A DNA stretch of 64,000 nt from Eledone cirrhosa (taxonomy: Eukaryota), in assembly GCA_964016885.1 (NCBI GenBank), contig OZ024749.1:37696001-37760000 (forward strand), in the 5' to 3' direction. Position numbers and translations under genes: made by a program. The notes under the pieces were generated by a model. That model was not told where the DNA came from. It did not search any database and worked only from the letters and a program-made list of their open reading frames with translations. Below are positions 30,291 through 43,670 of this stretch, in pieces; within the stretch, counting starts at the first letter, position 1, and the number at the start of each line of letters is the position of its first letter.

Positions 30291-31287
30291 TCCAACTCAA
30301 CCATTATCATTTCTACCACCTGTACACTGTACACCATCACAACCCTGGCCACAACAGCCAGCACTGTTATCACCCAGACATCCAGCATCAGCAGAATACC
30401 AATTATGCACAATCATAACCACAACCATTACTATCAGCACAGAAACTACCATCACAACCACAACAACCGACATCACGCCCTAGACCACCAGCATGACTAC
30501 CCCGTGTACTTCTCCCACCCACCACTACTACAAAATTCCATTATAACTACACCATTATGATAGAAGTAGTTGCGAAATGCCCTTTGGTAACATTTAATAT
30601 TTTAAAGAAGCACTGTTAATGATGCCAAACTGCTCAGATTTACACATTTCTATTCTGTGGAATTGGTAAGGGATATGAAAGAAACCGGCTGTGCTTTATG
30701 AGTTGGAAATACATTTCTACAATACTTTTATGTAATCTTTCACTAAGGCAACCACAAGCATGAATCTTTTTCTTTTTCACTAAAGGAACAATTAATTCTG
30801 TCCCCTTTCTTTAATGAGCAGAACGTAGCAAGTGAATTTTATTTCACGTCCTATTACGTTTTTTTCTTTCCCACTCAATCCGTTTCTCTCTTTTTCATTG
30901 TTCTTTGTTCATTTTTTTTTTTTACTTCTTCGACACCTTTTCTGGTTTTACAATCATGATGACCACCACCTGTTTTATTTTTAGTTTTTTTTCGTAATTC
31001 TATTCTTCTTTTTTTTTCTTTTGTCTTCTGATCGAATCATTAGATATGTCGGAATACATGCTATATAATCGCCGGTTCGTATTCAGTCAATGGTGTAACA
31101 CTGTTTTCACCATCAATACATTTAATTATAACCGTAAAGAGATACCATAGTTTGCATGAATTTCTCCATTGCAAAGAATGGGACGCCTAAAGTTTCAACT
31201 CATTCTCTCTCGGCTGGAGACAACCGCTAGCTCAATCCTCTCAGTAAGGCATTCCTTGCTATCTATCCAATAGAGAAAGAATAGACT

Positions 31288-31925
31288 GCTTCTTAAGAAC
31301 CTAATCTATAGCTCAACCACCACAAATCAACAATGGACTGTTTTTTATGATTATCATTTATTATTCAACATCTAAAGATCAACATGGTATTAGTTCTTAA
31401 GTTTATAATCTATAGCTCAATTACTACAGATCAAATATGCAGTACTTCTTAAGATGGCTCAACAGTTACAGACCAACTAAGTAATGCTTCTTAAGATCCT
31501 AATCTATGGTTCAACTACTACATATCGATATATTGTCGGTGGAATGGTTCTTAAGAAACTAATTCATGGCTCATCCACTACAGACCAACGGTGAAATGAT
31601 TCTTAAGAACCTAATCCATGGCTCAACTACTACAGACCAAAAGTGAAATGCTTCATAATATTTATGGCACAACCATTACTGAACAACGGGGGAATGCTTC
31701 TTAAGGTCATAATAGATAGCTCAACGACAACAGATCAAGGAAGGAATGCTTCTTAAAATTATAAGCTATAGTTCAACGACTACAGATCAACGGTGGAATG
31801 CTTTCTAATATCCTAATATATGGATCAACATAAACAGATCAAGTGTAGGGTACTTCTTAAGAAGTTTATCAACGGTTCAAGATCTATAGATCAATATTGG
31901 AATGTTTCCTACGGCTCAACGTCAG
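31288..31925. repeat. Degenerate ~52-bp minisatellite, ~12 units
   Basis: Consensus approximately TTCTTAAGAACCTAATCTATGGCTCAACTACTACAGATCAACGGTGGAATGC. Confidence 0.85.
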
Positions 31926-32061
31926 CGGATCTAGAAGAACATATACACAGTTTTACCAAGATTCAGAACATTGAAAGGGTAGCGAATTCACAAAGTGAAA
32001 GAAAGAGGGTGTGTGAGGGAGGGAGATAGAGAGTAGCCTGTTATACAAACGCTACTCCACC

Positions 32062-32102
<41 letters not shown>

Positions 32103-32122
32103 CAGCAGCAGCAGTGGTAGTG

Positions 32123-32170
<48 letters not shown>

Positions 32171-32263
32171 ATGTAGAATAGTTATCTAATTTGTAATTGT
32201 TTCTTATTTACTTTACGTATCATTTCAGGTGTTTGAATGTACATTAACTAGGTGCAACAACAA

Positions 32264-32295
<32 letters not shown>

Positions 32296-32350
32296 AAGAC
32301 AATGATAGGAGTAGTAACAAACACCACACACAGAACACATAGAAATAAAC

Positions 32351-32389
<39 letters not shown>

Positions 32390-32391
<2 letters not shown>

Positions 32392-32703
32392 GTAGGAGGT
32401 GAGTTTTATTGTAGTACAATAAAGCAATGCAGATATCGGATAAGAAGCACTCTACAGTTTGTAGGACTGGAGTATACATAATATATAAGAACAAAAGAGG
32501 GTTAAAAGAGTTCCATGTATTTTATGTTTTATATGTATTATATGTTGATTTAAAACTGCACTATCCACAAGTGTTTTTTAACCTTCATATCATGTCTTCC
32601 TGTTTTATCTGATGAAAACACAAATATTATTGCATGATGATATTTGTTTTTGAAATTCGCATAATAAAATACATGGAACTCTTTTAACCATCTTTTGTTC
32701 TTA
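32390..32703. mobile_element. F2 island with inversion: minus arm 32390-32525, plus arm ~32565-32703
   Basis: Matches 22653-22807 and 60366-60508. Confidence 0.8.
32601..32671 (+). ncRNA. Type I hammerhead ribozyme (F2)
   Basis: tgttttat-CTGATGA-aaacacaaatattatt...gatgatatttgttttt-GAAAT-tcgc-ATA-ataaaata. Confidence 0.75.
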
Positions 32704-32714
32704 TATATATATAC

Positions 32715-32744
<30 letters not shown>

Positions 32745-32745
<1 letters not shown>

Positions 32746-32866
32746 ACGAAGGAATTGTGGTAAGGAACCAGATGGACCATAACGCACCAGAGTACTCAAT
32801 ACTTAGGGTAGTAGAAATAGCCGTCGAAACGGCTTGAGCTCTGCCGTCGGGGTCATACTTTTTCCT
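32745..32866 (-). mobile_element. F1 island, rearranged
   Basis: Antisense tail joined to AGAAATAGCCGTCGAAAC. Confidence 0.75.
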
Positions 32867-32932
32867 ATATATATATATCTATGTGTATATATATATGATC
32901 AACCGACTTTCATCAACTGAATAATATATATA

Positions 32933-33030
<98 letters not shown>

Positions 33031-33110
33031 AGAAGGTAGTAGAGCATAATATATATATATATATTATGCTCTACTACCTTCTTGTATATATATATATATA
33101 TATATATATC

Positions 33111-33141
<31 letters not shown>

Positions 33142-33142
33142 T

Positions 33143-33259
<117 letters not shown>

Positions 33260-33853
33260 TATATGTATATATAGTCTATATAGCGAGGCCATAGAAAATG
33301 TATTTTCTATAATCTAATCTCGGCTGCTCACTATTACTCAGTCAATAAGATATAGTTTGAAAATATAAGTGAGGTAACTACTCTCAGAGTAATAACAAAA
33401 TGTATATTTGTAATTGAGCGGTTGCATATGGTACTCTCACGGACCCATGGGTTTCTGCAGGTACAGACAGCATTTTCCCAATAACAGTGATCGCGTAATT
33501 GTATCTATGCATGTCATTGCTTCGTCAGCGGATGTAACTGAAATAACGATAGATGCGAGAGCATATCCAGGTCTTGCGTCGCTAAATTACTACTACTATG
33601 GGTAAGGCCATTGGTAGCAAGTAGTACCGTCACGGGGTGGAATAACGACTTGTTGTTCGCCTAGGGACTATGCTGGTGGCAAAATCAAAATGAGATATAT
33701 TTCGAATTGCCGCTATAGATCACAACCATAATTTTTAAATTCTCCGTAAACAAAGCTAAGCTCTGTATCTTTCTATATCATTCCAATTTAACTATGAATT
33801 CCTCTTGATGCTGGAAATTACATTTAGAGATATATCAGATGAAAGAATGGTAT

Positions 33854-34126
33854 TTAACTAATGTATTGGTACGCGATGGGGCCCACCCACGCCCCGGCGG
33901 ACAGAATGTAGAAGGCGTTTCTTCGGAGGACGGCAAGGGAGACGCGCTGGAAAAGCCACTCCAACTCGCGGCGCTCACACCCGCTGCTGGCCAGCTCAGC
34001 GCCTATGGGGGTGAGTAAGGAGGTAGCCCTGGGGCCGAGGACACCAGAAGTTTTCACTGCCAGGGGCACGACCGCAAACATGTCGGAGAGCGACCGGTAT
34101 TTGAGGAGTTTGGCTCCCTCAGCCAA
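33854..34126 (-). pseudogene. 3' fragment of a CRE-clade-like non-LTR retrotransposon ORF (restriction-like endonuclease C-terminus)
   Basis: AExxKxxKY...VPLAVKTSGVLG...LFQRVSLAVLRRNA matches the AE..K..KY / FVPxAxETxG / QRxSxAxQRGNA pattern; GC-rich against its flanks. Confidence 0.75.
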
Positions 34127-34190
34127 TATGTATATATGTATTCATACGTTATGATTATATAGCTTCAAATTGTTTGGACATTCGATGGGT

Positions 34191-34262
34191 GACGTATTGG
34201 TGTAATGGTTAGTACAGGGGTCATGGTAGCCAAAGATGTGGGTTCGTGTACCATGTACGTCA
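34191..34262 (+). pseudogene. tRNA-like sequence (pseudo-tRNA or SINE head)
   Basis: Acceptor stem GACGTAT/GTACGTC, A-box TGGTGTAATGGT, B-box-like GGTTCG, weak anticodon stem, downstream T run. Confidence 0.45.
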
Positions 34263-34282
34263 ACGGTCATCCTTTTTCCAAT

Positions 34283-34417
34283 CTTTATTTTATCGTCTTC
34301 GTAAGGGTGAAAGGCAAAGTTAACCTTGGCGGGATTTGAACTCAGAATGCAAAGGGCCATAACCGTGCTTCAAAGCATTGTGTCTGACGCTCTACCGATA
34401 CTGCCAAACTACCGCCC
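34283..34417 (-). mobile_element. SINE A, 3'-truncated
   Basis: Matches the consensus. Confidence 0.75.
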
Positions 34418-34434
34418 TCACTAATATATATATA

Positions 34435-34622
34435 TTAGTGTGTCCATGTAGGGGCTCCCACAGGAGCACTGAGTGCAATGTCAACTCTGGATGTCGGTGA
34501 GCATGTCCAGCTAACCTCAGTCTCCTCTGTGTCACTTTTGAGCTGACTTGGCAGCGATAATGAGTGACAGAGACCGCTGGAGAGAACTCGTCCATGGATC
34601 TCGGGAATTTTACCCGCCTTAG
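34435..34622. mobile_element. RTE-clade LINE 3' end with inverted 5' segment
   Basis: Minus strand encodes QVSSKVTQRRLRLAGHAHRHPELTLHSVLLWEPLHGH; plus strand from ~34553 encodes AIMSDRDRWRELVHGSREFYPP*, followed by TA. Confidence 0.8.
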
Positions 34623-34684
34623 ATATATATATATAGGTTTGTTATATATATATGTGTGTATATGTATATATATATATATATGAT

Positions 34685-34906
34685 TATGTCATTTATTTTG
34701 TTTGAGCTGTTTAGTTTGACTTGTTCTTTGGCTTAGGTGGTTTATGGCTTCTTGACCGCCTTCTTAGTTTGTATGGCCTTTATAAGCTATGTTTATTGCT
34801 TTGGTCTTTTTTAGCCCATGGAGCGCTTGCCAGCATGACTCGGAATTTGCGTTACGTTTCAATTTTTCTACTCGCCGAAATGCGATTCTGGCTGAATTTC
34901 TACTTG

Positions 34907-34907
<1 letters not shown>
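34685..34907. mobile_element. TA-flanked ~220-bp island F5 (diverged inverted copy at 37105-37325)
   Basis: Shared CCATGGAGCGCTTG and GCCGAAATGCGATTCT. Confidence 0.6.
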
Positions 34908-34937
<30 letters not shown>

Positions 34938-35150
34938 TATAAGTATGTATACGTACATACATATATGTATACAGACGTACAGTAGTATGTATATATATAT
35001 ACATACATGCACACATATATATATATATATCTACGTATGGATTCACCGAACATTTATTATAATGCTCGGTGTGTTTGTAAACAAACATCCCGTATTAAGC
35101 CGTAGTGTTTAGCAACCATCGTTGCTCGTTTGTTCAACACTGACAAAGGA

Positions 35151-35193
35151 ACGTTGTACTAGTTTCAAGCTTATTAGCTATCGTCAGCAACGT
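35151..35193 (-). ncRNA. Minimal type I hammerhead ribozyme in TA-flanked island 35031-35260
   Basis: acgttg-CTGACGA-t-agct(aata)agct-t-GAAAC-ta-GTA-caacgt; helix I extends with CTGGCA/TGTCAG and GTTCAA/TTGAAC. Confidence 0.85.
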
Positions 35194-35259
35194 ATACCTT
35201 CCTGCCAGATGATTGAACGTCTGAAAGTATATACTTTCCTTATGCATATTAACGGCTGA

Positions 35260-35303
<44 letters not shown>

Positions 35304-35869
35304 GAGTGAGTGTGTGTGTGTGTGTGTAGTAAAATATCTTGTCTTTTTCTTCTACGCTACTCAAGTTCGAATGGAATAATTCCGTGGTTTTCGCTCCCAA
35401 CGCCATTGCTGTTGTCATTGCCGGTGTTGTTGCTTCTGTTGGTTTTGCTGTCGATGTCGTTGGTTACTCCTGTTGGTGGTGGTGGTGGTGACGGTGGCTT
35501 TGTTGTCTGTAGTGGTAACAGTGTTGAAATTAGTGGTGGTGGAGGTGATGATATTACTGTCAACATTTGAGTTGCTGTCACGTGTGAGCTGTCTCGAAAC
35601 AAAGGGGCCATTTTTTTTTTTTTAAACGCTTGGAGGTGTGAAAATGAAAATAAAATTCAAATATTTGGACCAGAAGCCTAAATAATATGGCGTCGCCTTT
35701 TCAGAGGGTAATGTATGGCACACTATTAACAGTGTGTAACAAAAATATTTCAACATATCATACTTTAAATAACTTAATACAAACAAAATTTACTGAGCGA
35801 TCTGTACACGCGTCTGGAAAGATTCAACAACAAGGATAACAACAACGATAACAACAAAAACAACAATAA

Positions 35870-36058
35870 TAATTGTTTCTACTTTTGGCACAAGGCCAGC
35901 AATCACCCAGTGTATTACTGGTGCTTTATCTTATCGACCCCGTAAGGATGAAAGGCAAAGTTAACTTCGGCGGGATTTGAACTCAGAATGGCAAGAGCCG
36001 TAACTACATACGTCCAAGCATGGCGTCCGACCCTCTACCGATACTGCCAATTCACGGC
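35870..36058 (-). mobile_element. SINE A
   Basis: Matches the consensus. Confidence 0.85.
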
Positions 36059-36167
36059 CCTTTTAATAATGATAATAATATATGTATATCTTATTGTACA
36101 TATTTATGGTCATATGTAAAGATACAGAGAGAGAGAGAGAGGGGAGGATAGAGATAGATAGATAGAG

Positions 36168-36228
<61 letters not shown>

Positions 36229-36652
36229 TACAGACATATATATATACATATATATGTGAATATGCTTACATGAGTATGGTTTTATATGTGTGTGTGTTTA
36301 TGTGTGTATAAATATTCTATTGTTTTAGGAATGTAAGATGAAGCAATATCAAAACAAGGGACGCTAATTATACAATAGATGTATGACTGTGCCTCACAAA
36401 GAGGGCTCCTTAGAACCCCAGGCTTCAGATCATAAACTCATAAAACATTTTTCATCTCTCTATGTATAAATATATATATATATATATATACATACATACC
36501 TATATGTATATGTGTATGTGTGTTTGTATGCGTTATGTCATTAACAATTATACAAGTTTAGATTATTAGATTTAGAATAGTATCAGAATGTCATTCTCCA
36601 GAAATTTAGGTATATGTGTGTGCAGATATATGTGGAGGAATACATACAAGTG

Positions 36653-36806
<154 letters not shown>

Positions 36807-36878
36807 TATATATGTACACATATATATATATGTACATATATATATGTACATATATATATATATACATATATATATATA

Positions 36879-36915
<37 letters not shown>

Positions 36916-36934
36916 ACAAATATATATATACATA

Positions 36935-37014
<80 letters not shown>

Positions 37015-37023
37015 TATATACAC

Positions 37024-37067
<44 letters not shown>

Positions 37068-37699
37068 TATATACACATTATATATATATATATATATATA
37101 AATATAAATTTAGCGAGAATCGCATTTCGGCGGGTAGAAATTGGCGAAACGCAACTTCTGTATTGTGCAGACAGACAAGCGCTCCATGGATATGAAGAAG
37201 ATACCAGAGCTATAAACATAAGTTAAAATGGTCATACACGCTGAGACGATGGTTAAGAAGCCATTAACCACTTTAGCCAAAAAAGCGAATAAGCTAAACG
37301 GGTCAAACAAAATAAGGTATAACTGAAACAGCTACCCGGACCCTCTGGGAAGATGGAATACCTCGATATTTGGGTTTCTGCACTAAATCAATAATACTGT
37401 CTGCTTATAAAAAATAAGCTTTTGGTATAATGATCGAACAAGGCATCGCTTTCTCAACAGGCATTTTGCTCTTCGTGCGCCAGAATCTCACAGGTTATGA
37501 AAGTACATGTGAGGTTCTAAGGGGAGGAAACCCCTATTTTGGCCAGTGAATTCAGCATGTGTAGTTATTGAAAAAATTTGCAAAAACAGCACAAAACGAA
37601 TTTAGCTCTCGACCGAGTTGTTTTTAAAATAAACTTAAGCGATTAATCAGTCAATAGTTAACTAAAAAGCCAAAGAAAATTAACTGGTTAATCGCTTGA

Positions 37700-37945
37700 C
37701 TTGACGTGGCTCATTGCCTAGTTGCTTAGAATATTCGAGTTCGGATCTTCATAGAAGATGCTCGATTCCCTGTGGCGTATTTTTCCCTTGACGATGACAC
37801 ATTATTTCACTTTTTTTCCATCTCTTCAGCTGGCAAATATAGGTTGTACATGAAACTCACCTAGAATTATGTCAATTTGCACGTGTTTGTGGAATGCGCA
37901 GCCACTGGAATGGACATTTCAAAGAACTAGAACATTTATCTACGG
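37700..37945 (+). mobile_element. Old SINE B-related copy
   Basis: Degenerate CCTTGA..GACAC.TTATTTCAC and CACGTGTTTGTGGA..GC.CAGCCACT, similar to 46860-47110. Confidence 0.45.
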
Positions 37946-38266
37946 TACCAGCCTTGGTCCAACAACATGGGTGTGTTCTATGTATAAGCGTGTGTGTGTG
38001 TGTATATTTGTGACCATGTGTATGTGTCTTTATACATGTAAGGTAAGTATATATGTGTAAATATATATAAACACACACACACTCACACATATATACACAC
38101 ACGCATAAATATCTGTGTATCGTCGTGTGCGTGTGTTTTAATTTTTTTTTTTCTATGGATATTTCCAGCCAGAGAGAACGGGAACTCTTTCTATAATTGG
38201 AAGAAATGTTTGCCCTGCAAAGAGAGGAATGTATAGAGAGGAATGAATGAATGAAAGGGAGAGAGA

Positions 38267-38312
<46 letters not shown>

Positions 38313-38331
38313 GAGAACAGGAGACTGTATG

Positions 38332-38366
<35 letters not shown>

Positions 38367-38664
38367 GAACGAAGTGTCATGTATATGTGACTATGCCAGT
38401 GAATGTTATTATCTGTCTAAACGTGTCTATGTATATTTGTGAATATGTATGTAGTCACTCGTTCTTGCGAGTGCATTTGCGTGCACGCACATCGACAAAC
38501 CCATACACGCATCAATATATATCTATATATGCTTGTATGTATATAGGCATGTGTATCATGTATTCATGTGTGAGCGTAGGTATGTATATGCATTTATGTG
38601 TGTATGTGTGTGTGTGTGTGTGTGTGTACGAATGTGTGCTACGTTATAATTTTTTTGAGAATGG

Positions 38665-38709
<45 letters not shown>

Positions 38710-39583
38710 TATCATCATCACCACCACATGAAGTTTCTGTAGTTTGTGTAGTTTCGCAGTGTTTTAGCCGAGAGATATTAGCAACGGTTTCGACACAGCC
38801 TCACCAACCTCAAAGACAGCTTGCTGTGTGAAGATCACAGCAGGGTAGGTCACTGCTTACAAAAGTCAAACCTCCCAGACATAACACATAGCATCCATTT
38901 TACAATATGGCTGCTGGCTTAAATCGCGGATCTGTGAAAACACCTACTGGCTTTCTTTAGTCGTTTTAGACAAAGATCTTCGTTTCGTTCGCAGTTTTTT
39001 TTTTCTTTTTATATAATTCTCTTTTTATATAATTTACATTTTTTTTTTGTATCATATATTTCTCTATTTTTTCCGTTTACTTTTGTCTTGTTATGTTGCA
39101 ATGTTGTTGTAATTGGTGCTGTTTATGTTGTTGTTGGTAATGGTGTTGGTGTTCGTGGTGGTGTTGGTGGTGGAGCTGTTTTTGTGAGATTTCTACATAT
39201 CCTCATTTCGTTATCAACCTCTCAAAATTGAGATGAGTATTTTATTATTGTTTTTGCTTGAGTTATTGGTGGTATTTCTGGTTTAGTTGGTGATGTTGGT
39301 GCTTTTGGTTTTGGGTTTTGATTGATTTTCTGATAATGTTGGATAGCTTGTTATTGATTGCATACCAAAATACATCCTATCTCGTTAATATGTAAATCGT
39401 AAAGGTACTCAATGTTAAATATACTAAATATACTACAATTCTCCGCCCCTCTCTCTCTCTCTCTCTCTCTCCCTCTCTCTCTCGCTTTCACTCTCATATA
39501 TACACAAACACACACATATATATATACATGTATGTATATACAAAGACACATACAGACACACAGACAGACATACAGACATACAG

Positions 39584-39621
<38 letters not shown>

Positions 39622-39705
39622 GCATATATATATGTACATATATATTTTTGTATATATGTGTGTGTATACAGACAATACAATGACAGATGCTCACACTCGC
39701 GCACG

Positions 39706-39839
<134 letters not shown>

Positions 39840-40038
39840 AAATGTCTGCCTTCAACATAAATATACTGCTACCTCCGGTTTCAAATTTTGCATGTGGTTT
39901 AGATAGCAGATTTGCGCAGTTTCAGGTAAGCTGCGCAGGCAAGTTGCGCAGTTTCAACAAATACGGACGAGGCTATCAACGTGAGATATATATATTGCGA
40001 TAGAGAAAGCGGTAGAGAAAGAGAGAAAGAGAGAGAGA

Positions 40039-40134
<96 letters not shown>

Positions 40135-40384
40135 AGCAGACAGAGAGAGAGAAAGAGACGGCAATTTTGAGCCAAATTTCGTAGTGTCTCCTAACATTGT
40201 CTAAATTCTGGGAGCAGTGGTTCCAGTCAGACTGTTGTTAACAGATCAGAATTGTAGAAACCAAGTCTTGATTCGGGATTTTGATTTGTCAATATCTTAC
40301 CCACACGAAGTGGTTTTTCCTATTCATTAACATATGTACTGTCTCTGAATAATCTGTTTATACTTTTAAGAATGGAAGCGTAAT

Positions 40385-40555
40385 AATTGTTTCTACGTTT
40401 GGCACAAGGCCAGCAATTACCCAATGGATTACTGGTACTAATTTTATCGAACCCGTAAGGATGAAAGGCAAATTAACCTCGGCGGGATTTGAACTCAGAA
40501 TGGCAAGGCCCGTAACTCTATACGTCAAAGCATAGCGTCCGACCCTCTACCGATA
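40385..40555 (-). mobile_element. SINE A
   Basis: Matches the consensus. Confidence 0.8.
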
Positions 40556-40882
40556 GCGTAATAATATCACTTAGTGTTTGAAGAAATTACCGAAACTGTG
40601 TTGATTCTCTTCGAGTATGCCTATATATATGTATACATATATATATGTATATATATATATGTCTGTGTGTGTGTGTAAATATATATGTATGTGTGTGTGT
40701 GTATATATTTATATGCATGTATGCATAGATATATGCATATCTATATATACAGATATATATATTTCACTTTTTCTCTATATATATAGAGAGATATACATAC
40801 ACACGTACACATATATATATATTTTTGCGCATGTATATATATATATATTTATATATACAAATTCATATATACACGCACCCAT

Positions 40883-40913
<31 letters not shown>

Positions 40914-41110
40914 CGTGTGTGTATGTGTCACAACTGTTAATCTGCCTCTTCCTCACTATTACACTTGTCATTATTTCCAGTAGATATTTTTCCTTTGTTT
41001 TCGAATGCAATGGTTTCCCCTATATAGAGTCACCAGAGTTATGCATATACATATATAATATATACATTCATTCGTGCACACACACATACGACACAGACGC
41101 ACGCACACTC

Positions 41111-41235
<125 letters not shown>

Positions 41236-41353
41236 TTATATACATATATATATATTAATATATATATATGTATATATACATATATGTATATACATATATG
41301 TATACATATATATATACATATATATATACACATATATATACATATATATACAC

Positions 41354-41430
<77 letters not shown>

Positions 41431-42165
41431 TATGTATGTATGTATGTATGTACGTATGTATGTATGTATGTATGTATGTATGTATGTATGTATGTATGTA
41501 TGTATGTATGTATGTATGTATGTGTATATATATATGTACAGGGACAGTGACAATCAAACAGCACAGAAAATATATATATACAGTTTATTTCGGTTTTCCC
41601 CGCACCATTGTGCCAAGTTTCCGATACCCAAACCCCTTTATCATATTCATTGACACAACAACAGCAAAAAACTTTTGTTAATTTTCACAGATTTTCTTTG
41701 AAACTTTTTACTGCCTGTGGATGTATGACCCATGCAGATTTATTGAAAATAGGTAACAACAATAATAACAACGCGATTAAAAAGAGAATGCTAAATCAAA
41801 GAAGAAAAAAAGCTATAAAATATCTATGTGAAAATAACGAACCGTCTTGCATACATGCAGATATATGTGCAAAAGTTTCAGTGCATATAACATGCACAAA
41901 TATATGTAAACGTATCTCTTCCGTTCTGTGGTTGGTTTAGAGTATTTTTGTTGGTTGTTTCTTTTTTATTTTTTTATTAATTTCTTGTTTATTTTGATAT
42001 TGTTATATACTGATTATCCATGCAGGTATTCATGTGTGATATATGGATTGTGTGTAAGTATGTATGTATATATATGTATATACATACATATATATATTTA
42101 TATATATATTCACATGGATGTATATATAAAATAAATCAAGAAATATATATATAAATATATATATT

Positions 42166-42251
<86 letters not shown>

Positions 42252-43147
42252 AACTTATATATATATAGTCAGTTGGTATATGTATATATATACATATATA
42301 TATATATATACATCCACATATATATATATATATCTATGTGTCTATGTATGCAAGCAGCAAACAGAAATACCACACCAAAAGACACATTAAAATAAAAAAA
42401 TATATTAGTTTTATGCTTGATATAGTAGAAAAAGAGCCTTAAATTTTCTGGCGTTAGCCCTCCATCACAAAATAGAATGAGAAATTAAAGTAGAAATAGA
42501 GAAGTGGAGGATCGGGTGGGGTGGGGGTGGGGGGAACTTGCAAAAACATTGAGACGAAGATGCTAGAAGGGACCAGTCAGAAGAGAATATTGGAGGAAAA
42601 GTGTTATTGCACATTTGGGAGGAACACATGCTATGTGATGAATATATATAAACATAGACATGTCCTGTCCCTGAAAAAGCTTCTAAGTTTAGAACCACCA
42701 TTAAAAATTGCCTCCATACGGTATCTGTATCTCTAAGATGACACTACGTAGAGAAAGTATCACAATTCCCTTGATATTGAGAGGAATTTTATTATACTTA
42801 GGGAAATATCTTTAAGATTCGATACAATCATCACATACATACAATTCGCTATTGCCCTGTCCTCTTTGGCTAAAATCTTTGAGTAGTGTCAGAGTGGATT
42901 GACAAAGATTTCTGGTGATCACCGCCAGAAATGAATTCAAAGATGGCTAAGAATTATCACGTGGCATGGTCAAGGCAGAAGGTTGTGATTGGTTGCCAGG
43001 CAACGAGTAGGCTGGTTGCTAGAAAGCGCAGCCAGATAATGCCTAAAGTATTACTCTACCTTACGGGAGTATATATCTTAAATTCATAGGGATATATGTA
43101 TATATTTATACATATATTTAGACATAGTCACAGATACATATATGAGT

Positions 43148-43617
43148 GTGGCTACCTTTCACGTTGTGGCTCAATGAAAGAACTAATTAAGCAAATAATT
43201 TCTGCCTTGACCACTATCCACGTGATAATTCTTAGCCATTTTTGAATTCATTTCTGGCGGTGATCACGGTAGAAATTTTAGTCAAAACTCTCCAGTCTCT
43301 TTATAAGCTCCAAGCCTTGTGGATAGATCCAAGATCGGATATATCCGCAAAAAAGAGCGAAACTATCGACAGTCGGGACTAGACCTAACTCCGTTTAGTT
43401 GATTATTTGTCTACGGGCTAAAAGGAATGAGTAGGTAAATTTTATCTGGCTGTCCCTCGCGGATGATAGTCAGTATCATTTTTCTATTATTTCTTCATAG
43501 TTACATTTTAAACTTATAGCCTCGTTTAATTGATTATTTATGTGGTTGATTTCTACGGACTAGGGAAAGGAAAGACTGTATATATTTTATCTAATAATTC
43601 TTCAAACTTGCAATTTT
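43148..43617 (+). mobile_element. TA-flanked ~470-bp island F11 (relatives: 59125-59490 -, 63200-63330 +, partial inverted 42899-43000)
   Basis: Shared TGTGGCTCAATGA, GGAAA.ACTGTATATATTTTATC and TAAACTTATAGCCTCGTTTAA. Confidence 0.7.
43294..43380 (+). ncRNA. Type I HHR, U3-A8 type with G5 substitution (probably inactive copy)
   Basis: agtctc-TTTATAA-gctc...gagc-GAAAC-t(atcgac)a-GTC-gggact; long internal hairpin in helix II. Confidence 0.65.
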
Positions 43618-43622
43618 ATATA

Positions 43623-43670
<48 letters not shown>

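Noticed and set aside
31288-31925. CRISPR-like repeat/spacer array
   Set aside because: Whole units are homologous, with no unique spacers and no cas genes; the context is eukaryotic.
37105-37325. Type II hammerhead in family F5
   Set aside because: The core is not conserved between the two copies.
38769-38850. Possible ~76-bp exon (TTTTAG|...|GTAGGT)
   Set aside because: Unrecognised peptide; such splice-like motifs arise by chance.
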